Assembly (NCBI RefSeq): GCF_011386835.1
Contig: NC_088800.1
Span: forward strand, 19,344,001 to 19,408,000
Origin: Chrysemys picta bellii
Lineage: Eukaryota
Length of the DNA: 64,000 nt
Direction: 5' to 3'
A model generated the notes under the pieces. That model did no database searches. It saw only the letters and a program-made list of their open reading frames with translations, and was not told the origin of the DNA. The number at the start of each line of letters is the position of its first letter. Position 1 is the first letter of the stretch. A program made the position numbers and the translations under genes. Shown here piece after piece: positions 1 to 12,719 of this stretch.

Positions 1-360
1 CCTTCCCGGACCCGCCACCGCCTGCACAGCGCCGCCAGCTAAGCTCCCCCGGAGCGCGCGGCACTTCCTCTTCAGCCGGCTGGGTAGGAGGGGGCTGCCA
101 GGGCGGACATGTGACCGCCCTTCCCCCGCTTCCGGGAGCACTGGGCAGCCTCCTCTTCCTGCTCCTGGGCAGGTTCTGTCCGGCAGCCAGCCCTCGTCCC
201 GCTCTGCCCGCCCATCCCCGTAGCGTCCGGCTGGCCTGAGCATGCCTTGCCCAGCAGGGAAGCGAGGCCCCGCACGGTCCTAGCCCTGCTGTGCCCCCCC
301 CCCCAACTCAGGACAAAGCTTTTAGGCGACGAGGGTGGGGATGACGGGGCCGGTGCTTGG
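1..360. promoter_or_regulatory. CpG-island fragment at the window edge with ETS-like and GC-box motifs
   Basis: Very high GC and CpG; CACTTCCT at about 62, CTTCCGG at about 129, CCCGCCC at about 207; no linked gene found inside the window. Confidence 0.45.
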
Positions 361-1116
361 TGAAGCAGGGCAGAACTGTTGTCGGTATTGCCCTCCAGCA
401 AAGAGTTGGCTACTGCATTGCATTTCTAAGGCCCTGGACAAGGTCAGCCCCCCCCCCCCTGCTTGCTACTGCCAAGGTGGCCCCTAGCGGGGCCCCAAAA
501 CGGGGCCCTCCCCCAATTGAGTGTTTCCCCCTTCTGACAACTGCAGCATCCCTCTGGAGTGTTGCTGCTGCAACATTAAACAAGGATCATGCGGAGCATG
601 CAAAGGGTTTGTGTGATGGCTTCAGTTTCTGTTGCCAAACATAGGACCCCCTGCTTGTTGCTGAGCTTGCAGGTGGCCTTCACTGCCCCCTCAAACACAT
701 ATACACTCAGGCTAGGCTTTCTGTACTACCTTCCATACTTTGCTCCCTTCTGGAGGCTCCTTCCTTTACTGCTGTCTCTATACTCGCCTCCTGTAATTAG
801 GGAAACAGCTGATGTGCCTCCCACTCCACACCATAGCTCTGTCTCCTGCTGTTTGATGCTTTTTTTAAAGTCCTAGCACTCAAGTAAGAACATGACATTC
901 TCAGCTTTAATTTTTAAAGAATAAGTTTGTAACTCTATATCCCTACAAGGATAATGGCATATTCCAATGGTTTCTTCATGGGAGACTGATCTCTGTGTTT
1001 ACTCCTTTTCCTGCCAAGGACAGAGCAGAAAGGGAAAGAAAAACTCTTTTCAAAGGCTTTGGTCAGCAAGTGTTGCTGTAGAATCCCACCAAAACTCACA
1101 AGGGCCGTGAAAGAGG

Positions 1117-1232
1117 CAGGGGTGCTGGAACAATTTGTATAGTGGGGGTGCTGAGAGCCATTGAACTAAATTAAACCCCATATATAATGGAAACCACTTC
1201 AAGCAGCAGTACGCCTAGTTCCAGCACCTATG
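1117..1232. mobile_element. hAT-type MITE
   Basis: Terminal inverted repeats (TIRs) caggggtgctggaac / gttccagcacctatg; perfect 8-bp TSD GAAAGAGG at 1109-1116 and 1233-1240. Confidence 0.85.
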
Positions 1233-2574
1233 GAAAGAGGGAAGGCGAAAAAGTGAAACAACAGACAAAAACGTAAAAGGGGATTAAATTACACTCAGCA
1301 CAGTGGGAGGGTGGGAAAATGGCTAGAGTTGGGAGGGTAGAGCACTTGGTATGAAATCAATCAGTCCATTGGCTCTTTGATGAAAATTGTTTTTATACTA
1401 GCCACTGGAGTGAGCCCACCAAGTCTTTACATGGAGCTTTGGATCAGGGTTGCAATGGTTCCAGAGGAACACAACTTTGGACACTAGTTTCCAACTCCAA
1501 TTGCATATGAAATAGTGACCTAAAAATGACAAGCTCTGTTACCAATATTCCAAGCCATCAAGTCCCTGATGTATATCTCAGCGTGTGCTGCCTTTCCTTT
1601 GTGGCACCTGACAATTTCTGGATAATAAACTAATAGCCTGTCTGTTACTCATTTTTAATAGAACTGCTCTGAAACTCTTATTTATTCTTTATACATCACT
1701 ATAGTTGTATGGAACTAATCAAAACTGAAAACAAAAAGCCCAATCATGCAAGATGCTCAGCACCTGCCAAAGTGTGAGTCAAGGACACTTAGCACCTCTC
1801 AGCATCAGGCCCAAGATCCCTGTAATCTTTTCTGATGAGCATATATGACTCTTCATTAAACCCTTTTCAAATTTGATTCATCATATGGTAATGGAAATGA
1901 TGACCGATGAAGGTAGAGATTTCTTTTATAGCAACAACACTGAAAAAAACCAGGGAAAATCATTGATACTGTCAGCTTGTATATTGATTTCAAGAAGGTG
2001 AAGTAACTGGGGAACAAACTCAACAAATTTATAAAACTAATGTATTCAAGAGAGCTTGTGTGCATGTGATTTCCCCCTCATTGCATATGGTGGATTTAAA
2101 AACCAAATAGAAATAAAAATGTAGCATCCAGAGGCAATTCCCCACCCTATTGTTGCAAGTTTACAGTAAATCACATTTTGGCCCTAGGAACTTGAATCAT
2201 CTTGAAATGTAATTCTGTAAATAATTACTATTTTGATCTACAGAAGTTCTTTTTACTTTGACTATGCCAAACAAGCATTTTTTTTCAGTAACATTCAGAA
2301 CTTTGTTCCTGTGTCAGCAACAGCTAGACTGCAAGTGGTCCATTCTCCCATTTTAGCATGCTTAAACAGTGAGAAGTAATGAGACATTGCGACAGACTGA
2401 CAATATCCTGAACAAACCTTATGGAATTAAAATAAACTGTACTGAATTAGGGTTAATACTGTTGGGGTACTTTGTATTAAAAATGCAATTGTGCAGGTGG
2501 TGTTGTGGCATTATATGTACCTTCTCTAGTAGGGAGGGGGGTGGTAATGAACTTCCTCCATTATAAAATATGGA

Positions 2575-2727
2575 TGTATGACTTGTTCAAACTGGATTTT
2601 CTAGAGATCATGTGTTTCTAAAAGGTATACTCTAGGAATTATTTTGGGGAAGTTCTATGGCCTGTCTTATACAGGAAGTCAGACTAGATGATCACAATGG
2701 AACCTTCTGGCCTTGGAATCTATGAAT
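2575..2727 (+). mobile_element. CR1 LINE 3' end fragment
   Basis: Typical CR1 tail gtcagactagatgatcacaatgg...ccttggaatctatgaat. Confidence 0.7.
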
Positions 2728-3572
2728 TTATTTTGTTGAAGAATCTAGGTGGTTTCCATTCACATATTTTTGCTGTTATGTTGTAGTGCTGATTTTCTTA
2801 CAAATGTCAGCTTTAACAAGGGAGATATTTTCAGGTAACAAAACCCACTCCTGATAATTATGAGTACATTTCAGATCAGGTTCTGGCCTTAGTTACAGCA
2901 GTGTAAACCCAGAGTAACCCTACTAGTTTCATTTTAAATCAGTGGGGCTATTCCCATTCACACAACTGTAACTGAGATCAGAATCTCTGTCCCTCTCTCT
3001 AAATAAGTAGAAAGATGATCCCCTTTGTGCTGGCAGTGGTAGTAGGTTAATATTTTTTAGGTCAGCCACCTGGCTAGGTACAGAAAAGCAATCCCAGAAT
3101 TAAAGTAGAGCACACATATTCTTAATAAACTATTGATTATGTATGTAGATGAAGACATTCCAGCATTACTTCACTTAGAGGAAAGTATGTTATTACTTTA
3201 ACATCCTATGTGGAAATTAGCATTAAAGGGCATAACTTCAATGGGAGCTTTGCTTGAATAAGGAGTGGGCCTTTAGTAATAATCTACCCACATAACCTTT
3301 TTGCCTGTCCAGTTTAGTTTTATATAGAAGTATCATAGGTGAATTTAACATTAGTCAATGTAAAAACATTAAAAAAATCTAGAAGAGCTTCTTGCTTACA
3401 TTTTCATGACAATTATTTTAAAATACAATAGCCAAACCCTCTAGTAATTAGAATATTTGGAATACAGGTTTGAAGCCTGTAATTACTGTGACATTTTAAA
3501 TAGGTGACTAGGGACACAGAGCTGGCCCCTGTGTACATAGACTGCTGCCTTCTACTAGACAGAATTTGAGCT

Positions 3573-3700
3573 ACAAGGTGGGCGAGGTAATATCTTTTAT
3601 TGGACCAATTTCTATTGGTGAGAGAGAAGCTTTTGAGTCTTTCAAGTCTGGGAAACTTAATCAGACTGTCACAGCTAAATACAAGGTGGAACAGATTTGA
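3573..3700. mobile_element. Short Penelope-like repeat fragment
   Basis: ggtgggcgaggtaatatcttttattggacc...agaagcttt; a reverse-complement copy lies at about 55975-56045. Confidence 0.5.
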
Positions 3701-3704
3701 GCAA

Positions 3705-4230
3705 AGTTCAGTTTGTTAAGTTTAGAAAGCATTTTATCTTTATGTTTCTTGTAACTATTTCTGACTTTAATACCTCATTACATGTACTCACTTAAAATCT
3801 CTTTGTTTTCAAATAAACTTGTTTTGTTCTTTAATCAGAAGTAATCCAGTGTTGTGAATTGTTTTGGTAACTTCATTTAAGGTGGCAAGCTGTTGAGTAT
3901 TGATCCCCTTAGAGGGGCAACAGACCTAGTATATCTGGACTGTTCAGGAGAAGGCTGGACAGTGCAAAACATGTTTTTTGGGGGGAAATTCAGGAGTGAG
4001 AATGTCTTGGGGTCACCCTGCAAATAGTAACAAAGGCTGCTGGAAGCCAGTGTGGTTGGTATTTGCTGACACTCTGCTGGGGTCAGAACTGCTGGACCAA
4101 GACTGTGGCTTTACACAGACACTCAGGGTGTAACCTGCATGCTGGCAGGCTGATTATGAGTGACCCAAAGTTGGAAGTTACAACAGCGAAGGATTGTGAG
4201 GTAACCAAGGTCGCAGAGCTACTCACAAAC
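3705..4230. mobile_element. Degraded LTR-like fragment
   Basis: AATAAA-containing U3/R-like block resembling recalled turtle Gypsy LTRs; no clean termini seen. Confidence 0.35.
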
Positions 4231-7218
4231 ATATGTCACACTAACAGCTACAGGAGATTCTGCCTTAGCTGAAGTAGAAAGGACCTACACTTTTGGAGCA
4301 GACTTATAGCCTTTTGGTCACTTGTTTTCAGTGGCCATGGTGTATAACATGAACAACAGCCATGAAGTAGGCACTATGGGTAATTCCAATAAATAATATT
4401 AATAATACAGGGCCAGATGTTTTACAGTATTCATTAATGTCTTCAGGGCTGGATTAAGGTAATCCAGGACCCAAGGCACACCATGGCATAAGGCCCTTCA
4501 TGGCTCTGTCCATGTAGCCCTGTCTCTGGGCTGTGGTCCCACCCCTGACTTGGGAGTGGCAGTAGCAATAGGTTCCCCCATCGCATCCCAGAGAGTGAGG
4601 GGCTGTGGTCTAGGATGCACATCCCTTGGGAGCAGCAGGTGTTCCCCCACACACACCTTGAGAATAGCTGGGTACCTTCGGTCCCCCAGAGAAGCCAGGC
4701 AACAGGGATGCGCCTCCCAGTATTTTACACTCCCAACTCTTCTTGGATGAGCCAGTCTAGCCCACTGCACACCTTTTCCCTTGCTAGACCAGTACTGGCA
4801 GAGGGCTCCAAGTGCAGTAGGCCTTGGAATTAATACCACATTGAGATGCATGGGGCAATTCATACTTCTCAGAGGCATCACTTCAGGTTCTCTGCAGACT
4901 TAGGTAGATATCACTGTATCAGTTACATTCAGATTAGGTTTTGTTTGTTTTGAAATCAATTAAATGGCTGGAAATTATCTTAATGGAGAGGTAAAGTTGC
5001 TTAGTGGTAAGTTGTCCCCTTCCAGAACATTGCGCTGAGTAAAACCCAAACTTCTGAAAATCCATAAATGAAGAGGTAAGATTGCTCATGCAACCTTAAC
5101 TCTGCCCTCATTCAACAATGCCCTAATATGCCCCATTAACCCACATACCTGTACTCTGCCAACCCCACAATTCACCCAGGACAGTCGGAGGGCACGGGGG
5201 AGGGGTTGGCGTGCATGGAGGTTGCAGTGCACTGCCACAGCTGTGGAGTGCAAGGGGATTGGAGTACAGGGTGTCAGATTCACTGGCAGGGCTGGGTCTT
5301 TAGGGGGTGAGGTGTACTGGCAGAGCTGGGGATTCAGGATATTTAGGGTGCACGGGCAAAGCTGGGGCTGCAGGGGGGTTGGGGTGCACTGGCAGAGCTT
5401 GGGGGCATTATGCCTCCTTCACCTGAGCCCTCAACCTCTCTCACCATTCATCCCCTTCCCCAGAAGCCCTCTCCCTTCACTGCAGCCCCAAACTGCTCTT
5501 TTCCCTACCCCCTCCCCCACTCCTCTGCCCCCTAATGCCTCTCCCTGTGCAGGACAAATTCACTTCTAGTTCCCCCCTCACACACACACAATACTTTAAT
5601 TCCATTCAGTCCAAATCTCTCTTTGTCATAGGTAGGGCTGGTGATTAATTTATCCTTAGCTATGTTATGGCAGGGTAAGTTCACAGCCATCTCAAGATCT
5701 GTAATTCATTCAGTCATTAATACCTATCAGTTTAACAATACAGAACAATAGAAGGATACAAGTTGTGGTGGTGAGTCTGTAACTAAGGAGCCCCTTGGTC
5801 AAATAACCCAAAATCTGGGTCACTAATGCTACCCTGTCACCCTATGAGGCACCTCAAACTTCAAAACAATCTGATTAACGGTTTGGATTTTAGAGCATTT
5901 CCAAGAGTTGAGCTTCAAAGCATACTAAATGGCAGGAATGGAAACATTCTAGCTGTTTTTCTGTATTGGCACATGTACAGTATAAAAATGTACTTTTTCG
6001 TAAATATTGTTCTCACTTTGGGTCTCCTAAAAATTTAGTGGGATTCATGCACTACCTTGGGAATACCATTTTGATCCACTAATAATGAATAGTTTGAACT
6101 CTAACACTGGGTAAAAACAACCAACCAACCCCACGTAGAAGCTTTTTTTTTAAAAAAAATGGCTATTTTTTCCACAGCTCATATCTCCAGAACCCCACTC
6201 TCAGATTTTTCCACTAAATTTCAAACAAATCCAACTAAGCATGTCCATTTTTAGAGGACTTAGAATAGTCAACCTTTTAACAGATATCTTGATACAGCTT
6301 TAACTATGACAGTGCTGGCGTGCTGTTATAATGAAAGCTAAGATTCTGATGTAATCACACAATTCCATGAAGCTAGGTGCCAGTCTGTAATGCCTATGCA
6401 TTAACCCCACCCTGATGGTAAATAGCATGAGTCTTCCTACAGCCTACGTAACCTAAAAGGTTAAATAACAGTTGCAGCATTAATTTAAAAAGTGTTATGG
6501 GAAACAGCTCTGCTTCTCTAAAAACATTCCACTGCATTTACTCTTTGTTTCCTGCCCTAAAGCCAATTTGTAATCTAATGAGCCAACTAGCTTTCTATTT
6601 CAGGACTCCACTCCTTTGACATTAACTCTTTAATACTGGAGTCATTTCTGCTAAATTGTCTAGGGCTAAAGGACTCTACCTTCAAAAATTACAGGCTACA
6701 ATTATGGACTAGTGGAACATGTTGAAGAGTTAGAAGGGAGCTCTATCAGTGCTTTTAAACAATGTGATCTATTGAAAAGAGAAATTTTTAGAAAGAAGAC
6801 AACATCACAAAGTACAGGAGCTGAAACCCTGCTCAAAGCAAGCACTCTGATGTTTAATCCTTCAAAGAGCCAATAATCTAGTGCAGCTGTATAAAACAAT
6901 ATTTGGTCAGTGCAGGATATCTGGAAACCTTGCAAAATACAACCCGGAGGAAAGAAAGCTTTGACAGCAGAGTAAAATAGCACCATGTCCTCCCCCTATC
7001 CTCCACCCCCCTGCCCCTCATGAATCTTACCTCCAACAGCAATTACGAAGCACAGATAAGTAACATTTGATCTTGGACTGTTAAGCTTCATGACAATTCC
7101 ACAAGACTGAGACCAAAGTAATGTCCAAAGACAACCCAAAACAGTCTGGTATTATAATCTTCAGCTACAAATAAATAAATAAAATAAATAAAATCTACTT
7201 TTCCCAAATTACTGTAAT

Positions 7219-7446
7219 TCATAGATTCTAGGACTGGAAGGGACCTCGAGAGGTCACCGAGTACAGTCCCCTGCCCACATGGCAGGACCAAATACTGTCT
7301 AGACCATCCCTGATAAACATTTATCTAACCTACTCTTAAATATCTCCAGAGATGGAGATTCCACAACCTCCCTAGGCAGTTTATTCCAGTGTTTAACCAC
7401 CCTGACAGTTAGGAACTTTTTCCTAATGTCCAACCTAGACCGCCCT
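7219..7446 (-). mobile_element. CR1 LINE 3' fragment
   Basis: tcatagattctaggactggaagggacctc...ggagattccacaacctccctagg...ttcctaatgtccaacctag; the same motif recurs at about 18690. Confidence 0.85.
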
Positions 7447-10400
7447 TAATAACTTATATAAAATATACTTAAATTAAGAATCCCCCTGCCATCCCTGCCC
7501 CCTGGCTCATCAACGATAGACAAGGAACTTCTACTGTACCGATAAATTAAAAACACTGATTTAAGTATGAAGAATATCTAGTGTTTTCTGAAATAGTTTG
7601 TCTCCATTCCCACAGAATGGACATTAAACTTAACCGATTACCATATTCTCCTATGCCCAGTCATTGACCTGCAGCAGTAGTACAGTAATTACTATAAAAG
7701 GGAAGCTAGTTTCTGTGTTAAAGATTATCCTATGATAGGATATGCTGACATCTCATTAAAAACACAGCATAGCACTATGCAAGTGATATTAAATGCTTAC
7801 AGGAGGTATCTGATAATACTTTGAAAAAGAAAATAGTATTGGAGTCTGGATTTTTGATAACCTGCCATATTTGACTTTAGATGCAATGATACCTATGCTT
7901 TGCTCCCCACTATATCTAGTTCTTACACCCATAATATAAAAGATAGAAATTATTCCAAACAGCTACCTCCGATTCATTTGAAGAAATCCATAGTATTAGG
8001 ACTGTGGCACTGTCATATACATACGGCCTGATCCTCTTCTCCCTTATACATTGTGTTATTCCTTACACCTGTGAAAAGTGAGTATAAAATACTACCAAGT
8101 CAGAATTTTGTACAGATGTGAGTATACAAGGTACAAAGGAGCGAAAGAATGAGGCCATTTACATCTAGTTTGTGGCCGACCATACTTCACCTAGGCGAAT
8201 TTAAAAATAACCTGAAGCGTGTGGATGGGGCAACTAGGACTAAAGGAAGGGAAAAGATTGCTCCTTAGTGCAGAGATTTGAGTTCTTATAACAAAAAGGA
8301 AGGATGTAGGAGCAATCAGAAGCTTAAGCAGGAGTATCCTCTTTCATACCCTTGAGGATCTCCAGTCTGGCCCACATGAACACACGGAGAGTGGCAGCCT
8401 CAGAAATCAGCAAGGATTCCTTATACAGCTTTGCTGGGGATTTGTGGCCTTAGGATCGCCATTCCCTAAGGAGAAAGGGACCCAGTTTCCACAAGACTTT
8501 GGAGCAGATGGGAACCATGACAAGCCAACTATTCTGAGGAGGTGAACTGGAGAACAGACATCATCCTGGACTGAGGAGATCTTGGTGTATAGGACCCAGG
8601 ACCTCAGCTGGGACCCTTCACCTGCTAGCTGGCAGGCAACAGATTCTGAGAGTTTACCCCATCTGCATGTGGATCACTGGTGGGCTTCAAGGCCAAAGCT
8701 ATACAGATTCATTAGTTCAACAGGAGAGACATGCTAGGGGAGCAGCTCTTTTTATGGCAGATAGGGTATGAGCTGGTCCGAGCGTTCACTGATGTTGGGT
8801 TGATTAAGCAATTAATTGTGGCCAGATTTGAGCCAGGCATGAGGTGGATCATCACTACACTGCAAGGCTGAAGCCACTTATCTTCAATGTTATGGCACTC
8901 AGGGCAGGTTGGAGCTGGTCCCAGTGCTTGTTGATGCTGCTTGTAATGTTGGCTTAAGCAATTATGGGCTGGACATCAACTGGTGGATCACATCTGAGCT
9001 TCAAGGCTAGAGCCATTTGCCTGTGATAGTATGGTAGGTAGGGCATGAGCAAGTCCAGCACTCAGATGGCAAAGCTACAGTCACCTGGTGTCCTGAGATT
9101 ATTCACTGGGGTGAAAATGATTTTGGGTAGTGCATTGAATTAAATTTAAGGACTAGGCTACAGAGAGATGTGGAGTTATTAGATAGTTTGGTCTTATCCT
9201 CCATTAGTTTAGTCAGGGATGTGCATAAGATGAGTTTGGGGAAAGCCACTGAGCCACCCCATGTCAACAGGGCAAGAAAGAATGTGAGCTATGAGGTAGC
9301 CAGGATAATTGAGAATTTTTTTGGGAGGAGTGGGAAGAGGGAGAAGACAGTGATATCTGATACAATGGCACTGAGCTCTTTAGGAAGAATGGAGTTTGGT
9401 AGATGCTGGGGCTGATAGTTGGCTCCATGGCATTAAGGATAGGGTCAGGCAGGCGATGGGGGTACCAGGCATGGTGGGTGTGGTGTACATCCATACTAAA
9501 AATCACTGGCACTTGCTATAGCCAGTACAGGTAAAGGCTAAAAAGAACCAAAATTGCCCAGTTGGATCTTGTGCTTATAAGAGAGGCACTTGAAATCTTT
9601 TTGGACCGAAGATTCCCCTGCCCCACCTTGTGGCCTCTGTCAGACTACCCCTCATTAGATTGGGGGGTGGAGAAAGGTTTCAAAAGTGAAATGAGTCTGT
9701 GGGATAAACCAAGGAGGGTCTAGCCTGACTGGGTGGGGCTTATGATAGGAACCTTGTAACCAGATAAATGGCTGGTTCATGAAAGCTGGGATGGGCAATG
9801 TAGTGCCCCTCCCCAGCTATAAAATAAAGCCTGCTGTTTAAGCCCCTCCCTGTCAACCATTTGCCTGCTTGTGCTGGTCACACAGAAGAGGGGTGTAATG
9901 AAGTATGGATAAGTAGCAGATGGAACAGGATTACCAAAAATGCTCAATTTACACACTCTAAGACTAGCATTGAATTGATGCACTATTCTGTTTTTTCAGC
10001 CATCAGCATACTATGTTAAAACTGGTCTTCAAGAAGGTGAAGGCTGTTAACTTTGCTTCTGTGGTAAGAAAATTGTACAGCTTTGACTAGTTGAAGTTGG
10101 CCATTTAGACAGCATGAATCTGCCAGCAGAGCTAGCCATCTCCCACTGTTATCAACAGGGCACTGTATCTCTGCTACTCATAGGACACTTAACACTACAT
10201 TGACTAGAGGGAATGAATGTTACCCTGCTAGCTTGTCTAGAAAGTGTGGATTCCCTCAAGACTAGGGCTTAAATTCAGCTGGAGCAGAGCTGTAGTAAAT
10301 ATTTTCAAATCCCTTGGAGTTTTTAATAGCATAGTGGTGGGGAGAGGACCCTTGCTCAGCCCATAAGATCAGTAGAGATTAAGTGCTGTCAGCCTGAGTT

Positions 10401-10626
10401 CCTGGTTTTTACACCACTAACAATAAGATATGTTCTTTATCACAGCTATTAGAATTCTGAAACTGGTTATGCCTCCTTTGTCTAAGGTGTGGTAAACAAA
10501 ATGTTAATTCAGGCTAATAAAAAGTTACATTAGAACCTGCTCACGCCAAGCTATTAAGGGAGCATATGGTTCTTTTTCAAGTGTGTATAAAATACAAGCA
10601 GAAGTAATTGAGTTTGCAAGGTGGTG

Positions 10627-12644
10627 TTTATTGAACAATTACAGTATTTATGATCCAAAAACCAAGTTGGAAAAACTTAGAATGACTGATCTTGTGTTAG
10701 AATTACAGATTAGATACTCATGCTAGTCTATAGTTTGCTATTTAAAAACAGGGCATGTATTCTAATCAGATATACACATGCCAAAAAGAGTAATTAATCT
10801 TTGCTTTGTGTAGTTACTGCACAGTCACTTTAGAAAATTACAGTAAAAATAGTGTTCAATTCATTTGAAAGAAGACTCTCTACTGAGTGTACAGAGACAC
10901 AGAACAGCCCCTCATCTTAGGCCTTCACATCAGCTCTTATAGCAATATGTATACGCTGACACATTTCAGTCACAGAAGACCTCTAATTTATAGGAGAGTC
11001 GCATGACAGTGGTCAGATCACACTGTGTTGAAAGATATTTTAAAGACAAACCTGAAGGCCTGATCCTACTCCTGTTGAAATAAATGAAAGTTCCACTGAC
11101 TTACCAGGTGTCTTGTCAATGCTCTAAAGTTGGCAATAATTCAAGTTCATGAACTTAACTTGCTTCCTTGATTTCACTTATGACCACTTTAAATTGCTGC
11201 ATCCATACCAACTGCACAGTTTGAGAGGACAATTGTCTATTACCCAAGATAAAAAAGGGTATGGATGCACTTGTGACAGTGATTATGGACCTAGTCACTT
11301 CAAGGGATACTTAAACTTGTTGCTTCTGGCCTTCATGACTATTTAACAAAAGCAACATCTCAAAATGCCAGCACTGTACATATATCAAATATACCCAGAA
11401 TACAATTTAGCATTTAAGTGTCAAATGTGGTAGGTTTCGAGAAGTGATTAAGACTAGTCTACCTATTTTCTCTTTAATTTAGGCCATTACATCATCTACT
11501 TCAGTTTAAAAAAAAAATTTAAGAACTTCCAATGCATTTAAAAAACAAAGTAATCAGAGACTGGTTTTATTTTTTTAAGTGTCTGGAAGACAGGCTGTCA
11601 CTTGTTAGATAGATCTGGCATCACTACCATGGGGTGGGGGGGCAAAAATAATAATAAATAATAAAAATCAGCTACCAAAAAAAACCCACCCAACCTCCAC
11701 CAGTGCTACATGACTGCTTGATACCTAGAATGTCATCTCTAGATGAGAGTTTAAAATTCAATTGGTACTTAAATTTATGCAGCAGCAATTTACATTAAGT
11801 CTAAAGAAAGTCCTGAGCATTCTGTTGAGACCCATCCAGCCTCTTTCAGAGACTTTGGCACAGTGAAGATCTGTTGCAGTTATTATAGTAGTGGGAGAGA
11901 ACATGCTAGGCACTTACAGCTCAGTGATGGAAAAAACTGACCTGTGACTGGAAAAACTATTTTTCCAGTCACCTGGACCTACTTTAGGGTGGAGAACCTA
12001 GTTATTTTGTGAGAGTATCCGTCACAAAAGCCTTTGGGTTGTGGAGACTTCACTGGGCTTTAAGACAAAAAAAAGTAAGATCTAATTTATAAAGTTAAAA
12101 GCAATACTAGTGTACAGTTCCAGCAAAGAATTAATTAGCATGTGGGCATCCAACCACTGGATTCAGAGAAATGTTCGTTACTATGAAATACTCCATTCCC
12201 CAGTAGAATATCTTTTACTATTAGTGTAAACAAGTGAGGTCTTCCAGTAACATCAGTTTCCAGAATTTCTGTGAAAAGAAGAAAGTCAAGACTGTTTTTA
12301 TGCAAGTGGTTTTAGACTAGTAACAATGCCTACCAAAAAAAGGCCATACAATCTAACACTAAGTTCTTTGGGATAGGGCTGGGGGTCTTCCCATTTGGAA
12401 GGGGACCTAGGATGGTGTTCTAATTGGTACTGCACCATCACCATACCAGGTTGACAATTATAATAGCCGCCATACATTTGCATACAAGCCATTCTACAAA
12501 GAATGCTGAAACCTGAATTAAGCTTCATAATATGGTTGGAGTTTTCCCTACCAGTTGCTAGCTCATAACTTTTATTGATCTTTAGGAAGCCCTCAGAGAG
12601 CAGAACATACCAAAAATTGGTGCATCAGTCTCCTTTCGAGTTTT
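10627..12644 (-). other. Putative 3' UTR of the CDC42SE-like gene with three AATAAA signals
   Basis: AT-rich stretch downstream of the stop; + strand TTTATT (AATAAA on -) at 12571-12576, about 11566-11571 and 10627-10632. Confidence 0.5.
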
Positions 12645-12719
12645 CTATAGCTGTGCACTTGCAGGAGGGCCATTTGTGTAGCCACCTTTTGACTTCATAT
12701 GGTCCTGAATTGACCCAGC
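12645..12719 (-). CDS. CDC42SE2-like: CDC42SE-like last coding exon
   Basis: ttcttctctag| acceptor; [24 protein letters not shown] followed by TAG ending at 12645. Confidence 0.9.
   Translation of the reverse strand, partial: AGSIQDHMKSKGGYTNGPPASAQL

Noticed and set aside
6670-6876. 68-codon open frame on + (VEHVEELEG...QCDLLKREIF)
   Set aside because: No recognisable homolog or donor site; frames of this length are common by chance here.
11100-11380. Protein-like - strand frame with internal stops ending at a ctg|gtaagt donor
   Set aside because: Three stops and no identifiable family; it lies in the putative 3' UTR.
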